Assembly (NCBI GenBank): GCA_965223425.1
Contig: CBDCWS010000001.1
Location: 59,098 to 123,097, forward strand
Reading direction: 5' to 3'
Length of the DNA: 64,000 bases
Source: Nitrosopumilus sp.
GTDB lineage: Archaea; Thermoproteota; Nitrososphaeria; Nitrososphaerales; Nitrosopumilaceae
A model generated the notes under the pieces. That model saw only the letters and a program-made list of their open reading frames with translations, was not told where the DNA came from and searched no databases. The first letter of the stretch is position 1. Each line of letters opens with the position of its first letter. Below, piece after piece: positions 9,195 through 20,012 of this stretch. Both the position numbers and the translations under genes were made by a program.

Positions 9195-10463
9195 ATGACT
9201 ACAGTAATTTTGCAATCAAAAACTCGCGATTCCATCCGCTTGTGGGGCAAGACAATAACGCTTCTGTTAGCAGCTTTATTGATGACTTTGGGTTTTCAAC
9301 TTTCACCTCATACCGAGGCAAATCAGTTTCTCTTTGATATGGAGGCGATTAAAGATGCGGGCAGCTTAGCAGTGAAACTCCAAGATACACGCGCTATGGT
9401 ATCCAAATCTATCAGTGTGCAATTATCCAATGATACACAGGGATTGTTGGTTGCATACAATGGTACCAGCAGCCCGTCCACGGAGCTACAGAAGGCACTG
9501 CTTTCAGATCTGAATCGGCTTCTTCAAGTCGGATCACTCTACGATGCCCAACTGTTCGCCGGTGTTGAACTTAGCGAACAGACGCAGGTACTCATCGCGC
9601 AAAACCCACAAAATCAGGATGCGCTGGTTCATCTAAACCGTCTTCTCTTAGCAGATGCCTACCCTCATGAATTTGCATCGCTTTCAGAGCAACAACCCTA
9701 TCAACATTCTAAAGGGATCGAGGCATGCAGAGAAAATCTGAGGCAGATAACACTCGCGCGTAAAAACTACCAGTCTTCCAACGCAAATTCCGAGCCGCGG
9801 TGGCTTTCTGAACTGTCTCCGCAATATTTGGACGAAAAAATGCTTCTCTGCCCTGCAGACGCAACAGCAGGGAGACCCGGTGTTCTCACCGAAGATGCCG
9901 CAGACCCAGCACTGCCGTGCAGTTATCTCTATGAGGCGCGCCCCTCCAAGAAAACAGATCAAGAAATTCTCTGGGCGGACGAAGGTAAGATGACCCCCAT
10001 CGTGCGATGCCAACACCATCATCTCAATTTAAGCCTCAGCGGTAAACTCTATCGGAACGGACCGCAAAGAGGCATCTATACGAGTAACAAAACGGGATTT
10101 TCCTTGCTAAATGACTTCTTGCGGGACTTAAGCACACAACGTGGAGAAGCATTTCTCAAGACGCAAGAGGGTAGGATCCAACTAAAACGAGCAACCGAAG
10201 AATTAATTCTCAATAAATTTGTGCCAAAAATGCTTAGAAACGTGAAGAAAGAAATCACTTCTCAGCTTGAAGCGCAACTCGGAAAAGACCTACTCAAAAC
10301 CCCAATGGGCACAGATATATTCAAACAAGTATACGTGCAGGTAACCGATGTTATTGAGGAAAAACTACTCGCTCAACTTCAAGCACAACTTGGAGCAGAA
10401 TTTTTTCAGACGCAAGAGGGGCAAGGTGTCCAACAGCAGTTGTCTGCGTTAATGTCGCCTTGA
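9195..10463 (+). CDS. Exported/membrane protein with a pilin-like or DUF1559-like central segment
   Basis: AAGGAG RBS, N-terminal hydrophobic helix, CRENLRQITLA...WLSELSPQY...LLCPAD...SYLY. Confidence 0.55.
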   Translation: MTTVILQSKTRDSIRLWGKTITLLLAALLMTLGFQLSPHTEANQFLFDMEAIKDAGSLAVKLQDTRAMVSKSISVQLSNDTQGLLVAYNGTSSPSTELQKALLSDLNRLLQVGSLYDAQLFAGVELSEQTQVLIAQNPQNQDALVHLNRLLLADAYPHEFASLSEQQPYQHSKGIEACRENLRQITLARKNYQSSNANSEPRWLSELSPQYLDEKMLLCPADATAGRPGVLTEDAADPALPCSYLYEARPSKKTDQEILWADEGKMTPIVRCQHHHLNLSLSGKLYRNGPQRGIYTSNKTGFSLLNDFLRDLSTQRGEAFLKTQEGRIQLKRATEELILNKFVPKMLRNVKKEITSQLEAQLGKDLLKTPMGTDIFKQVYVQVTDVIEEKLLAQLQAQLGAEFFQTQEGQGVQQQLSALMSP

Positions 10464-10546
10464 TGGACTACCCTTCAAAGGAATCTATGTACGATTGCTA
10501 TTTCAAAGATTAACGACTCATCTAAAAAAATAGAGGAGAAAAGACC

Positions 10547-11977
10547 ATGTTAATGACTTTGATTCAAAAAGAGATTATGCATCATGTTCTCAGCGTCCGG
10601 TTCGTCGCACTCCTGATAATGTGTATGCTCCTTGTCCCGCTCACCCTTTCTATCAATTATCGTAGGTATAACCAGAACCTCGTTGACTACCAGGAATCGG
10701 TGAAACGCACACAGGCAGAAGCGAAGGAAAATCCACCGAATGCGCAGGATCCAAATGCAGAGGTATCCAAACTTTTCCTCAAGCCGACACCGTTAAGCAT
10801 CTTCGCAAATGGTTTAGAGGAGGCACTGCCTACCTACCTTGGTATGACACGTAATGGGGTTCGGCAAGGTTCAACAGGGCTTGCGCAGGCATCCCTGTCA
10901 TACGCGCTCGGGAATCTTGATTTTCTGTTTATTGTGGGAACTGTATTCAGTTTGCTGGCACTGCTGTTTACGTTTGACGCTGTTGCCGGAGAGAGAGAAG
11001 CTGGAACACTTCGGATAAACCTATCGAATTCGCTTCCTCGAGATGTGTTCTTGTGGAGCAAGTTGATCGGAGGATACACTGTATTTGTTATTCCGTTTTT
11101 GGTGTCTTTCCTTTTGGGGTTGCTTTTTCTCGTCTGGCAGGGCTTTCCATTAGGCGAATTCAAGATTGCGCTGCCAGTGGTGGGTCTCACGGTTATATCG
11201 TTGCTCTACATTGCCGTATTTTTTGCAATAGGCGTGTTCATTTCAACCTATCTCGACAATTCCAAGACTGCACTCATCATTGCTTTTACCTTTTGGGTGT
11301 TTGCGGTGCTGATTGTGCCACGCGGGGCGTTTGTGATTGCTAAACTTGTCGCACCCACTCGGACAGAGCAGTCTGTTTATACGGAAAAGATGGCACTTCG
11401 CAATAACTTGACGAAAGATAAGGAAGAAAAGATTCAGAAAAAGATGGTTGGCACCTTGGGGACCAGTTTTACGCTAAACGACCCAAAGACGCAAGAAAGA
11501 TTGGACGAAATCAGAAAACCGATTGAGGAACAGTTTCGAGTAAATTTCCAGAATCAAACCGAGAAGATTGACAAGAACTACCAGCGCGAGAAGGATCGGC
11601 AAGAGCAAGTTGGAGAGATGCTTTCTCGGATCGCACCCACGTCTTCTCTGATCTATTGTGTGATGAACCTAACACAAACGGGCAAGTTGAAGAGGGATGT
11701 CTACTTTCAAACCGGTGAGCGGTACTACAATCAACTGGATGGTTCGTATTTCAGCGAAATTTCTGACGATACGCTGGCACAGCTACTACAATTGACGAAT
11801 CGGATGAATTCCGATTCTGAGTCAGAAAAAAATAAAATCACGCCGCCACCAACGCTGGCAGAACCGGCTTTATCGGAAACGTTGCGTGGTTCTACAGCAG
11901 ACGTGTTCTTGCTCTGTCTTTTTGCCTTAGTGTTTACGACGGTAGCTTTTCTGAAGTTCTTCAGGTCCGATATTTAA
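10547..11977 (+). CDS. ABC-2 type exporter permease
   Basis: LIQKEI N-terminus, FDAVAGEREAGTLR motif, several TM helices, C-terminal FFRSDI. Confidence 0.9.
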   Translation: MLMTLIQKEIMHHVLSVRFVALLIMCMLLVPLTLSINYRRYNQNLVDYQESVKRTQAEAKENPPNAQDPNAEVSKLFLKPTPLSIFANGLEEALPTYLGMTRNGVRQGSTGLAQASLSYALGNLDFLFIVGTVFSLLALLFTFDAVAGEREAGTLRINLSNSLPRDVFLWSKLIGGYTVFVIPFLVSFLLGLLFLVWQGFPLGEFKIALPVVGLTVISLLYIAVFFAIGVFISTYLDNSKTALIIAFTFWVFAVLIVPRGAFVIAKLVAPTRTEQSVYTEKMALRNNLTKDKEEKIQKKMVGTLGTSFTLNDPKTQERLDEIRKPIEEQFRVNFQNQTEKIDKNYQREKDRQEQVGEMLSRIAPTSSLIYCVMNLTQTGKLKRDVYFQTGERYYNQLDGSYFSEISDDTLAQLLQLTNRMNSDSESEKNKITPPPTLAEPALSETLRGSTADVFLLCLFALVFTTVAFLKFFRSDI

Positions 11978-12020
11978 TACAGTCACACCCCATAAACAAA
12001 TGAACCAGAGGAGAAAACCC

Positions 12021-12755
12021 ATGTTAGAAACCCGCGACCTTACGAAAGTCTACAACGAAGACGTTTTAGCCGTCAACAATTTGAATCTGAAAGTAGACGA
12101 CGGCGAAATCTATGTCGTTCTCGGTGCGAATGGTGCCGGGAAAAGCACGACGATGTCGATGCTCCTGAACTTCATCGAACCCTCAAGCGGTACGGCACTT
12201 GTAGATGATATCGAGATTCCAAAGTTCCCACTTGAGGCAAAAAAGCACCTCGCTTACATCTCCGAGAACGTCGAACTTTATCGCAACTTCACGGCGCGGC
12301 AAAACCTGACCTTCTTCGCGAAACTCGGTGGACGCAAGAAGGTATCCAATGCAGAAATTGATGCCACCCTTGGACGTGTCGGTTTGCCGGAGGCGGCTTT
12401 TGGGTGGCGCGTCAAAACCTTCTCCAAAGGGATGCGTCAACGTCTGGGTATCGCGATCACAATTATGAAGAACGCACGAGCCATATTACTTGATGAACCG
12501 ACCTCAGGGCTGGATCCCAAGGGCGGTGCCGATTTCCTGAATCTGCTCCGCGAGTTAAGAGAAGAAGGGAAATCTGTCTTTATGTCCACGCACGACATCT
12601 TCCGAGCAAAGGAGATCGCCGACAGAATCGGTATCCTCGTGCAAGGCAATCTCGAACGAGAGTTAACCCGCGAAGAAATCCAAAAAGAAGACCTTGAGGC
12701 GTTGTATCTCCACTATGTTGCTGGATACGAACCTGAAGAAGATGCCGCCGCATAG
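12021..12755 (+). CDS. ABC transporter ATP-binding protein
   Basis: Walker A GANGAGKST, signature FSKGMRQR, Walker B LLDEP; GAGGAG RBS before 12021. Confidence 0.95.
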   Translation: MLETRDLTKVYNEDVLAVNNLNLKVDDGEIYVVLGANGAGKSTTMSMLLNFIEPSSGTALVDDIEIPKFPLEAKKHLAYISENVELYRNFTARQNLTFFAKLGGRKKVSNAEIDATLGRVGLPEAAFGWRVKTFSKGMRQRLGIAITIMKNARAILLDEPTSGLDPKGGADFLNLLRELREEGKSVFMSTHDIFRAKEIADRIGILVQGNLERELTREEIQKEDLEALYLHYVAGYEPEEDAAA

Positions 12756-12778
12756 CGTCCACGGGACTTAGTACCTAC

Positions 12779-12808
12779 CGATTAGCCAAATCGCGGTTTG
12801 GCTAATCG
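12779..12808. repeat. Intergenic perfect 12-bp inverted repeat
   Basis: CGATTAGCCAAA-tcgcgg-TTTGGCTAATCG with no U-tract. Confidence 0.6.
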
Positions 12809-12839
12809 ATAACAAGTCTTGACAAGGGAACTAATAAAA

Positions 12840-15095
12840 ATGCGAATAAATATCCTTATGACTGTTTTCATTACCTCAATCGGAATGCTGCTCTCTATAT
12901 ACACATCAATGGTATTTGCAGTAGACCCTCAACCCGCTAATGGGAACAGTCCGAAAACCAAAGATGAACAGAGCCGTCAAATCAAGATAGAAGTCGAACG
13001 TCTGAAAATGGAACTCGCAGAAAACCTAATGAAAAAGAAACTCGTTGAACTTGAAAATCTCAAGGCGATGATGATGGAGGCAAACAACATTGTCACCGTC
13101 TCTGAAGTCAATAAAGCCGAGGAGGATTATGAAACTGCCGTCTCCGACTATGAACAAGCGAAACTAACGCTGCAACAGGTGGAACTCGACTCGCTCCAAG
13201 ATGAATGGCATATCACCGTCGAAAACACAAACTTGTATGAATCTGCCGATGGAAAGGAAACCTTCTCGATCACCTTGCGGAATAGTTCATCGCCTGTCAA
13301 GCTCGTTGAAAGTTCCAAAGTGCTGGAAAGAGATATTATCATCAGCGCACAGATCGATGACATCTTCGTCTCGATTAAAGAACAGGAAGATTTTGGCTCA
13401 AGTGGCGCGATTATAGCCGAACCTTATGAACAACGAATTCCGACGCTCAAAGAGGGTGAATCCATTACGTTGGTGTTTGAACTCATAAAAGAGAACGTGC
13501 AAGATGTCGTCGTAGAACTGGAATACTCGGATCGTGTTGAAGATCACAATATTCACCTCAAACAGGAGGATCCGTATATTTCCGTCGTATCCGCACGGCG
13601 ATATAAGGAAGGCGACCGGCGGCGTTTGGAAGTTGTCCTTACCTACGGTGCACTGAATGGCGAAATGGAAAAAACAGACACTAACACCGCACAAGAAATC
13701 AATAACGTTTATGTCTCCATTAAAGACGACACGGACGCAATCATCGGATTCCCTTACGAATACCGCATCCCAAACCTGAAAGATAAGCAAGAAAAAATAC
13801 TCGATTTTGAACTCCGGCGAAATGTCGATAGTCTTACTGTTAATCTTAGGTACCTCGACACCGACCATCCCTATAACATCCACTTAGAAGAGGACACACG
13901 CCACATCTCTATCCTCAGTGCGAAGAAGTTTCGCGTCGAGAACCAGATGATGGTGACAATTCAACTCAAGAACACCTCCACGACGGAGGCGATGCCGAGC
14001 AATGCTACCCCCGAAGAGATCGCAGCAGCGAATGAGATTCGCGGCATTTATGTCTCCTTACTCGATGTCACCGACGACACAAACATCGTCAAACCGTATG
14101 AAGAGAAAATCCAAGTTATCGGCTACAACGAAACCGTGGAATTGACGTTCCAACTCCAGAAAGATGTCGAGAGCCTCAAGGTATCACTGGATTACCCCGA
14201 ACTCGCCGAACCCGATACACGACTCATCTATTTACAAAAAGAATCCGCATTGGATGTCGTAAACGTTAGTTCGCTACGCTTCTCGCAAGAGGGAAACTTG
14301 GGGAGCAGTGTCACCTACGACTTAACGCTCGATCGGTTGGCAGAAACGGAGAATACATTCCAACTACGCGTCATTAACCTACTCAACCGACTCTCTTATG
14401 AATTCCAAGACCCCGAGACGAAATCTCGGCAGTCTCAGGTGAAGTTCACGCAAGAACAGTCGAAACGGAATCTGTCCCTGATTGTCTACCTACCGGAAGA
14501 ATTGGATGCCTCCTATCTCGACAGCACGCTTGAATTCTATGTCGCTGTCCTTGACGAAGCCGAAGCAACCGAACTCGGCGGTGTCAACAACCGGTTGGAC
14601 CTCCCTGCGGATAGGATTGCAAGTATACAAGGCGGTGTCGAGCGGTTTGAACTGATTCCAAAAGGTGTTCCAGAGATTGAGGTATTTGTGCCGAATGCGT
14701 TCCAGACTATCAAAATCGGGGAAGCGGTCAACATGACAGCGACGCTACAGAACATCGGCACCCGCGACCTCGTCGATATTCGCATGCTCGTCGATGTCAA
14801 CACCGATTGGAAATACATCGTTACGCCAGAAGTTATCGGTTCGCTCAAACGGAATGAGGAAAAAGAGATACAGTTAACGCTGAGTCCACCTGCGGACATC
14901 GGGGTCGGTGAATATCAGGCGAAGTTGAACGCTGAAGTCACAGTGGATAACCGAAAATTTGAGGCACGCGATCGGTCAATCACCGTGCAGATCAAGTCAA
15001 AGACGCAAATGTCGGTGACGACCCTGCTCTTCGGCGCGTTAATACTCCTCATGATTGCGATTGTCATTGTCACAATCCGCATTAGTAGACGTTAG
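12840..15095 (+). CDS. Large exported protein with a coiled coil, repeated Ig-like units, a NEW3-like domain and a C-terminal TM anchor
   Basis: Signal peptide; three repeats of IxxxxVS...I..PYE..I; NIGTRDL...W...P...LTLSPPADIGVGEY; terminal TM helix followed by RR. Confidence 0.7.
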   Translation: MRINILMTVFITSIGMLLSIYTSMVFAVDPQPANGNSPKTKDEQSRQIKIEVERLKMELAENLMKKKLVELENLKAMMMEANNIVTVSEVNKAEEDYETAVSDYEQAKLTLQQVELDSLQDEWHITVENTNLYESADGKETFSITLRNSSSPVKLVESSKVLERDIIISAQIDDIFVSIKEQEDFGSSGAIIAEPYEQRIPTLKEGESITLVFELIKENVQDVVVELEYSDRVEDHNIHLKQEDPYISVVSARRYKEGDRRRLEVVLTYGALNGEMEKTDTNTAQEINNVYVSIKDDTDAIIGFPYEYRIPNLKDKQEKILDFELRRNVDSLTVNLRYLDTDHPYNIHLEEDTRHISILSAKKFRVENQMMVTIQLKNTSTTEAMPSNATPEEIAAANEIRGIYVSLLDVTDDTNIVKPYEEKIQVIGYNETVELTFQLQKDVESLKVSLDYPELAEPDTRLIYLQKESALDVVNVSSLRFSQEGNLGSSVTYDLTLDRLAETENTFQLRVINLLNRLSYEFQDPETKSRQSQVKFTQEQSKRNLSLIVYLPEELDASYLDSTLEFYVAVLDEAEATELGGVNNRLDLPADRIASIQGGVERFELIPKGVPEIEVFVPNAFQTIKIGEAVNMTATLQNIGTRDLVDIRMLVDVNTDWKYIVTPEVIGSLKRNEEKEIQLTLSPPADIGVGEYQAKLNAEVTVDNRKFEARDRSITVQIKSKTQMSVTTLLFGALILLMIAIVIVTIRISRR

Positions 15096-15105
15096 AGAAA
15101 AACAC

Positions 15106-16467
15106 ATGAAAATTGTAATGAACAAAAGATTGACGGCACTTGCAGTCTGTTTATTTTTTAGTATTGCAGGTGCCGTTTCAGCGCAGCGACTCGTCTCGCT
15201 TCAGCCAAAACGCGCAATAGAACTCGCTTTACAAAATAACGAAGCGGTAAAAAAAGCAGAGAAAGTGGTAGAACGCGCCAAGGCGAACCTTCGCGTGTCC
15301 AAAGCCGTTTACCTACCACAAATAGGGCTCACCGGCGAATATCAACGCCAAAAGGATGGCGATATCGACGAGAGAGATTATCTCACTCGCGCACAGATGA
15401 GCATGCTCTTCGCACAATTCGGCGAGATTCCCCAAGGACTTGATGACGCCCAGGAAGAGATGCGTAAAGCCGAAATTGAATACGAACGCGTGAGAAAAGA
15501 GAGTGTTCACACCGTTCGGAATCTCTGGAATAATATTATTCTCACACAAGAAGAGATTGAAGAACGCGGTGCGATTGCCGCGGAACTTGAGAAAAAACTC
15601 GAAGGCACACAAATCAAACAAACCCAAAAGCGGATCCCGTTCCTCAGTCAACTCAACACGGAACTTGAATTGTCGGAACAGCAACTCGCACTCAACACAC
15701 TCCAGCGACAACTCGATGTAGACACCGCCGAACTCATCAGTCTCATTGGACTCGACCCACTGGTACAGGTCATCCTTTCACAGTCGCTCCCTGACGATGA
15801 CGTGACATTGGAAGCTGCCGTTGAACTCGCACTCATCAGCAACCTTGACCTGCGCGACTTACAAGGTGACATCGCCCGCCAAGAACGTCTTGCTGGAGAG
15901 ACAATCTGGTATCGAATCCCTGAACTCTCAGCTGCAGCGCGCTACAAAGATTTTGGCGTGCAGTTGGAACAGCATCAACAGAACCAGACGTGGGACGCAA
16001 AAGCCTTCTACGATCCAGTGATACTTGACCGCGGACAAGATGTACGCCATCAAGACGGATGGGAACTGCGTTTCAACCTCAATATTCCGCTATACGATGG
16101 GAACAAGACGAGGCATCTCCGCTCCCGAGAACTCGCCGAACTTGAGTGGCTCCAGTTGGAATACATCGAAAAAACGAAGTCAATCCGTGTAGAGGTACGA
16201 CGTGACTACCGTGCGGTCACAAATGCGAAAGAACGGATGGAGATCGAGGAAAAGCGTGTGAGAATCCGTGAGCAACATTTACGGACAATAGAGCGCGTGC
16301 TTGATGAAGTCACAGTTGAAATACCCGGTTATCAAAGTTTGACTTACAACGACGCCTTTCAAACACAAGCCCAATTTACGGAGGCACAACGCGTCTATTA
16401 CCAGACGCGTCGAGACTATGCAAAGGCAAAGGAACGACTCCGAGAAACAATGCAATGGATCGAATAA
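15106..16467 (+). CDS. TolC-family outer-membrane efflux protein
   Basis: Signal peptide, AIELALQNN, YLPQIGL, LNIPLYDG and a two-fold repeat organisation. Confidence 0.85.
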   Translation: MKIVMNKRLTALAVCLFFSIAGAVSAQRLVSLQPKRAIELALQNNEAVKKAEKVVERAKANLRVSKAVYLPQIGLTGEYQRQKDGDIDERDYLTRAQMSMLFAQFGEIPQGLDDAQEEMRKAEIEYERVRKESVHTVRNLWNNIILTQEEIEERGAIAAELEKKLEGTQIKQTQKRIPFLSQLNTELELSEQQLALNTLQRQLDVDTAELISLIGLDPLVQVILSQSLPDDDVTLEAAVELALISNLDLRDLQGDIARQERLAGETIWYRIPELSAAARYKDFGVQLEQHQQNQTWDAKAFYDPVILDRGQDVRHQDGWELRFNLNIPLYDGNKTRHLRSRELAELEWLQLEYIEKTKSIRVEVRRDYRAVTNAKERMEIEEKRVRIREQHLRTIERVLDEVTVEIPGYQSLTYNDAFQTQAQFTEAQRVYYQTRRDYAKAKERLRETMQWIE

Positions 16468-16501
16468 AATACTATTCATAATCACACATAGGGAGAAAAA
16501 A

Positions 16502-17119
16502 ATGAGAAATCCTCTAACGATACACACTGAAATCAAGCATTTCGATGAACAGGAATTTGTCACACGTGCTCAAAATGGTGATGCCGAGGCGTTTAATCCA
16601 CTTGTAAACAAATATCAGCACAAAATCTATAACTTGATTTACCAACAGCTTCGCGACCGAGAAACAGCAGAAGATCTCAGTCAAGAAGTTTTTCTGAAGG
16701 CGTGGCGAGCGCTGCCGGACCTCAAAGACCAGTCTATATTCTATACTTGGATTTACAAAATCGCTGTTAATTGTTGTATTGATTACATCCGGAAACGAAA
16801 AAGGCAATTTGTTTATGCGTGCGAGGAATTGCCAGAAAATCCAGACGATGTTCTGCCGATGCTCCAGACACAGCCATCGCCTTGTGAAATCCTTGAGAAA
16901 GAGGAACTCGGAGAGATTATCCGCAGAGCGGTGCATAAACTACCATCTGGACAGCGCAGTGCGTTCCGTTTGCGGTACTTTCAAGAAATCCCAATAAAAG
17001 AGATTGCCGTGCGTATGAACAGGACGGAAGGCACGATTAAAACGCACCTGCACCACGCACGTCGAAATCTCCGAAATATGTTGCTTCCTTATCTCCAAGA
17101 TGAACCGATTGCATGGTAA
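16502..17119 (+). CDS. ECF sigma-70 factor
   Basis: AEDLSQEVFLKAW, FYTWIYKIAVN and GTIKTHLHHAR. Confidence 0.95.
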   Translation: MRNPLTIHTEIKHFDEQEFVTRAQNGDAEAFNPLVNKYQHKIYNLIYQQLRDRETAEDLSQEVFLKAWRALPDLKDQSIFYTWIYKIAVNCCIDYIRKRKRQFVYACEELPENPDDVLPMLQTQPSPCEILEKEELGEIIRRAVHKLPSGQRSAFRLRYFQEIPIKEIAVRMNRTEGTIKTHLHHARRNLRNMLLPYLQDEPIAW

Positions 17120-17182
17120 TGATTTGCTATCACTTCAGACAATGCTGTTGGAGTCTATCACTTGATTAAGTGTGCATCCTGC

Positions 17183-17935
17183 TTATCGCTTTCCATCTTT
17201 GAATCGTGCGATTGCGCCACGTTCAGCGAGTTCTGCTTTTGCGTAGTGTGCGGGCCTCTGTGAGGATTTCCAGCGTCCTGCGACTTGCATATCAACGACG
17301 GTTGCGCCGGCTTGTGCGAGTGAGATGGCTGATCCGACGCGTAGGGAATGCCCGGAGATAAAACCTTCCACGCCAGTATGTGCGCGTTTCTGAATAATAC
17401 GCCGTGCGGAGACAGTTGTGAGGCGTTCCGACTGGACGTGCCCACCGCGACGGATATGACGGAACACCGCACCGCGCGTGATCTCTGCACGTTCGCGATA
17501 CTGCTTTAGGAGCTCACGGGTATTCTCACAGACATACAGCGTTTCGCCCGCACCCTCTTGATCGGTTTTTGACGATCGGAGCGTAAGCGTACTGCCTTTG
17601 AAGTCACCGACGTTCACAGCCACTACCTCAGAGATCCGCAACAGACAATCGCTCATCAGCCGGATCATCACCGAATCCCGCAGTCCGATAAGCGTGCCTT
17701 CCGTTTCCGCATAGATACAGACCCTTTCCACATCCTGCCATATCAACCCGTCTACCTGTCCGCGTCCTCTGTCCTTACCCTCTCTGCGGATACCCGCCAG
17801 TGTCGCCTGCGTGATAGGGAAGTTGAGGGTTTCCTGTGATTGGTGTTTGAGTTGCCACTTCACTGCGGCGACGAGCTGTCCGATCGTTGCCGGGGATTTG
17901 CCGTTATCGTGCAGGCTGGTGATGTATTTGAAAGC
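17183..17935 (-). pseudogene. Cre-like tyrosine recombinase, probably 5'-truncated
   Basis: Catalytic motifs LLRISE, SKTDQ, GHSLR, GRW and HY. The ORF extension to 18100 is AT-rich and does not look homologous. Confidence 0.8.
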
Positions 17936-18425
17936 AAATAGCGTTGTATAAACGCTTTTATATAACGCTAAAAACACAGATTTAGATACGAGTTTTTGTG
18001 GTTTTTGAAAATAACAGGGAAGGCAGAGACCTAATTCTGTTTGCCCGTTTTTTCGGTGTATTTTATATGTAGGGACAATAGATAATTTCGGAATTGACAT
18101 TTAATTTGAAGATAAAGAAGGGGACAAATCTCAAAAAGGTAGGAATCATGAATGGATAGAAATCAACGAGGGTTTTCATAAGTTAATCAAAGATGAATTT
18201 ACTGAAATATATGAGAGTATGCCGAATGAAAAGGAATATGATAAATAGTCAAGATTGTAACTTATTGATATTATCGATGCATTCAAGAAACGCTTGTGAA
18301 TCGCCATCAAAGCCTCCGACTCCTATTCGGCTTGTTTTAACAGCAGACGGCTTTACTGCTCAGAAAACGTTCATTTTGAAATAGTAGACACACACGAAGT
18401 TTATAGATGCTGTCGGGGGAATGTT

Positions 18426-18923
18426 ATGCGACTTTCAGATCGCTGTGTACACATCGCTATTATATTCTATCTACTGATAAGCATAGGTTGCTCGGAGTCT
18501 GCGGTACCGGAGGATTCCGTTTTGTTGATTCAAATACGGCTTCGAGGTCCATATTCTGAAACTCATACAGCATTTTACGAACACATTGATAAATATCTTC
18601 AACTCAAGGAGACGCATCCAGCGTTAGCATTAGAGGAGCTGAAGAAAGCTGTATGGATCCAGTATGAAGGGCATCCGAAGTCCCACGAATATCTGATCCT
18701 GTTATTTAAGTTGGACACCGCAGGTAAAGCAACACTCCCACAGACACTGGCAGGCAACAAACTCGTCCTTGAAATGGTGGTTGACAACGGTTTTTCCGAT
18801 GAGATAATCCGGCTTCAGAGACGATCGGTGGAAAGAGATGAGCAACGCATCCGAGCTTTGAAAGCCGAAGGAAAAGATCCCGACGGACAATATTTTAGGT
18901 TTATTTTATTTCCAACACACTAG
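18426..18923 (+). CDS. Putative lipoprotein
   Basis: Hydrophobic N-terminus with the lipobox-like ISIGC. Confidence 0.6.
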   Translation: MRLSDRCVHIAIIFYLLISIGCSESAVPEDSVLLIQIRLRGPYSETHTAFYEHIDKYLQLKETHPALALEELKKAVWIQYEGHPKSHEYLILLFKLDTAGKATLPQTLAGNKLVLEMVVDNGFSDEIIRLQRRSVERDEQRIRALKAEGKDPDGQYFRFILFPTH

Positions 18924-19089
18924 GCGTCTTGGATGTTATTCTCAATAAACTGTCTCTTTTTTGATTCAACTGCCAAAAACAAGTCAAACTCAGTCCTCAA
19001 TGAGCGATACGCCGTTGGATGTGACCTGCCTCCGATCTCTTTGTGTCTTCCACATACCCTCAGCTTCGAGATAAGGCAATTTATAGTCT

Positions 19090-19300
19090 TCAATTTTTTG
19101 TGAGAAAACTATTTCTCCTGAGATGGATTTCACCGGCAATGGAGCGCAATTTTAGCAACGGTCCGCCGCCATTAACCATTCCCTTTAAGACACCTCTGTT
19201 AGGTTGAACGGGAAAGTCGCTTGATATGTTGCCTTGCGTTTGGGCATCTACGCTAACTGCGATACCCGGATGGAGCGCGACATCTATCTCTCCACCACTG
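19090..19300 (-). pseudogene. C-terminal fragment of a DUF4097/adhesin-like protein
   Basis: TSSGGEIDV...DAQTQGNISSDFPV...NGGGPLLKLRSIAGEIHL. Confidence 0.6.
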
Positions 19301-19450
19301 GACGTGTGGCACTTCTTACGCCCGATACGACTCGATTCGGTTAAGTTCACAAGAAAGGAAGGATATGATGTCAATATTAAGACGATCAACACTTCTTATG
19401 TTCACGCTGATACTACTCCTGCTCATCTGATGCATAATATGAGCGTGCAG

Positions 19451-19472
19451 GCGATTCTCGAAAGGATTTTTT
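19451..19472 (+). repeat. 22-bp direct repeat, copy 1
   Basis: GCGATTCTCGAAAGGATTTTTT, identical to 22856-22877. Confidence 0.85.
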
Positions 19473-19483
19473 GGATGTTTCTA

Positions 19484-19903
19484 ATGAAAAGAATTGTACT
19501 ATTCATAATTTTGTTGTTTAGTTTTTCAATGATCTCTTTAGCGGATAACGCCAGATTAGAAGCACAGATAGATGCTAAGCAAGATGTCAACGAAACTGTA
19601 TGGGCTTTGACTGGGTTTTCGGTCCCATTACTTATTGGTGGCTATTATATGGCTGGTGGTACGACAGGCGGTACAATCTCATATAGTGTGTTTGTTCCGG
19701 GTGTGTTGGTTGGCGTGAGTACCCACTATTATCCGATTTCGCCTCAATCTGACCGATTTTTAGGGAAATCGCCGGCTTATGTCTCGGCGTATGTAGCCGC
19801 TTATGAATCCGAAGTCAAATCACTTCGGCGGCGGTCTCTACTTTGGGGCTTTGGATCGGGCGTTGGCTTGTTGATTGTTTTAAGAGCGATGGGGATTCTA
19901 TAA
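19484..19903 (+). CDS. Membrane protein of unknown function
   Basis: MKRIVLFIILL signal sequence, several TM segments and an LGKSPAYV..Y..AY motif. Confidence 0.65.
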   Translation: MKRIVLFIILLFSFSMISLADNARLEAQIDAKQDVNETVWALTGFSVPLLIGGYYMAGGTTGGTISYSVFVPGVLVGVSTHYYPISPQSDRFLGKSPAYVSAYVAAYESEVKSLRRRSLLWGFGSGVGLLIVLRAMGIL

Positions 19904-20012
19904 TTGTACTTTTTTGCGCATGCTACTTCGTGGAGATGTTCGAGAAATCTGTTAAAGCAGCTTCAAAGATTTTAGGATTCAAGTCCAGGCTGCTAACACG
20001 GAAGGTGTTATT

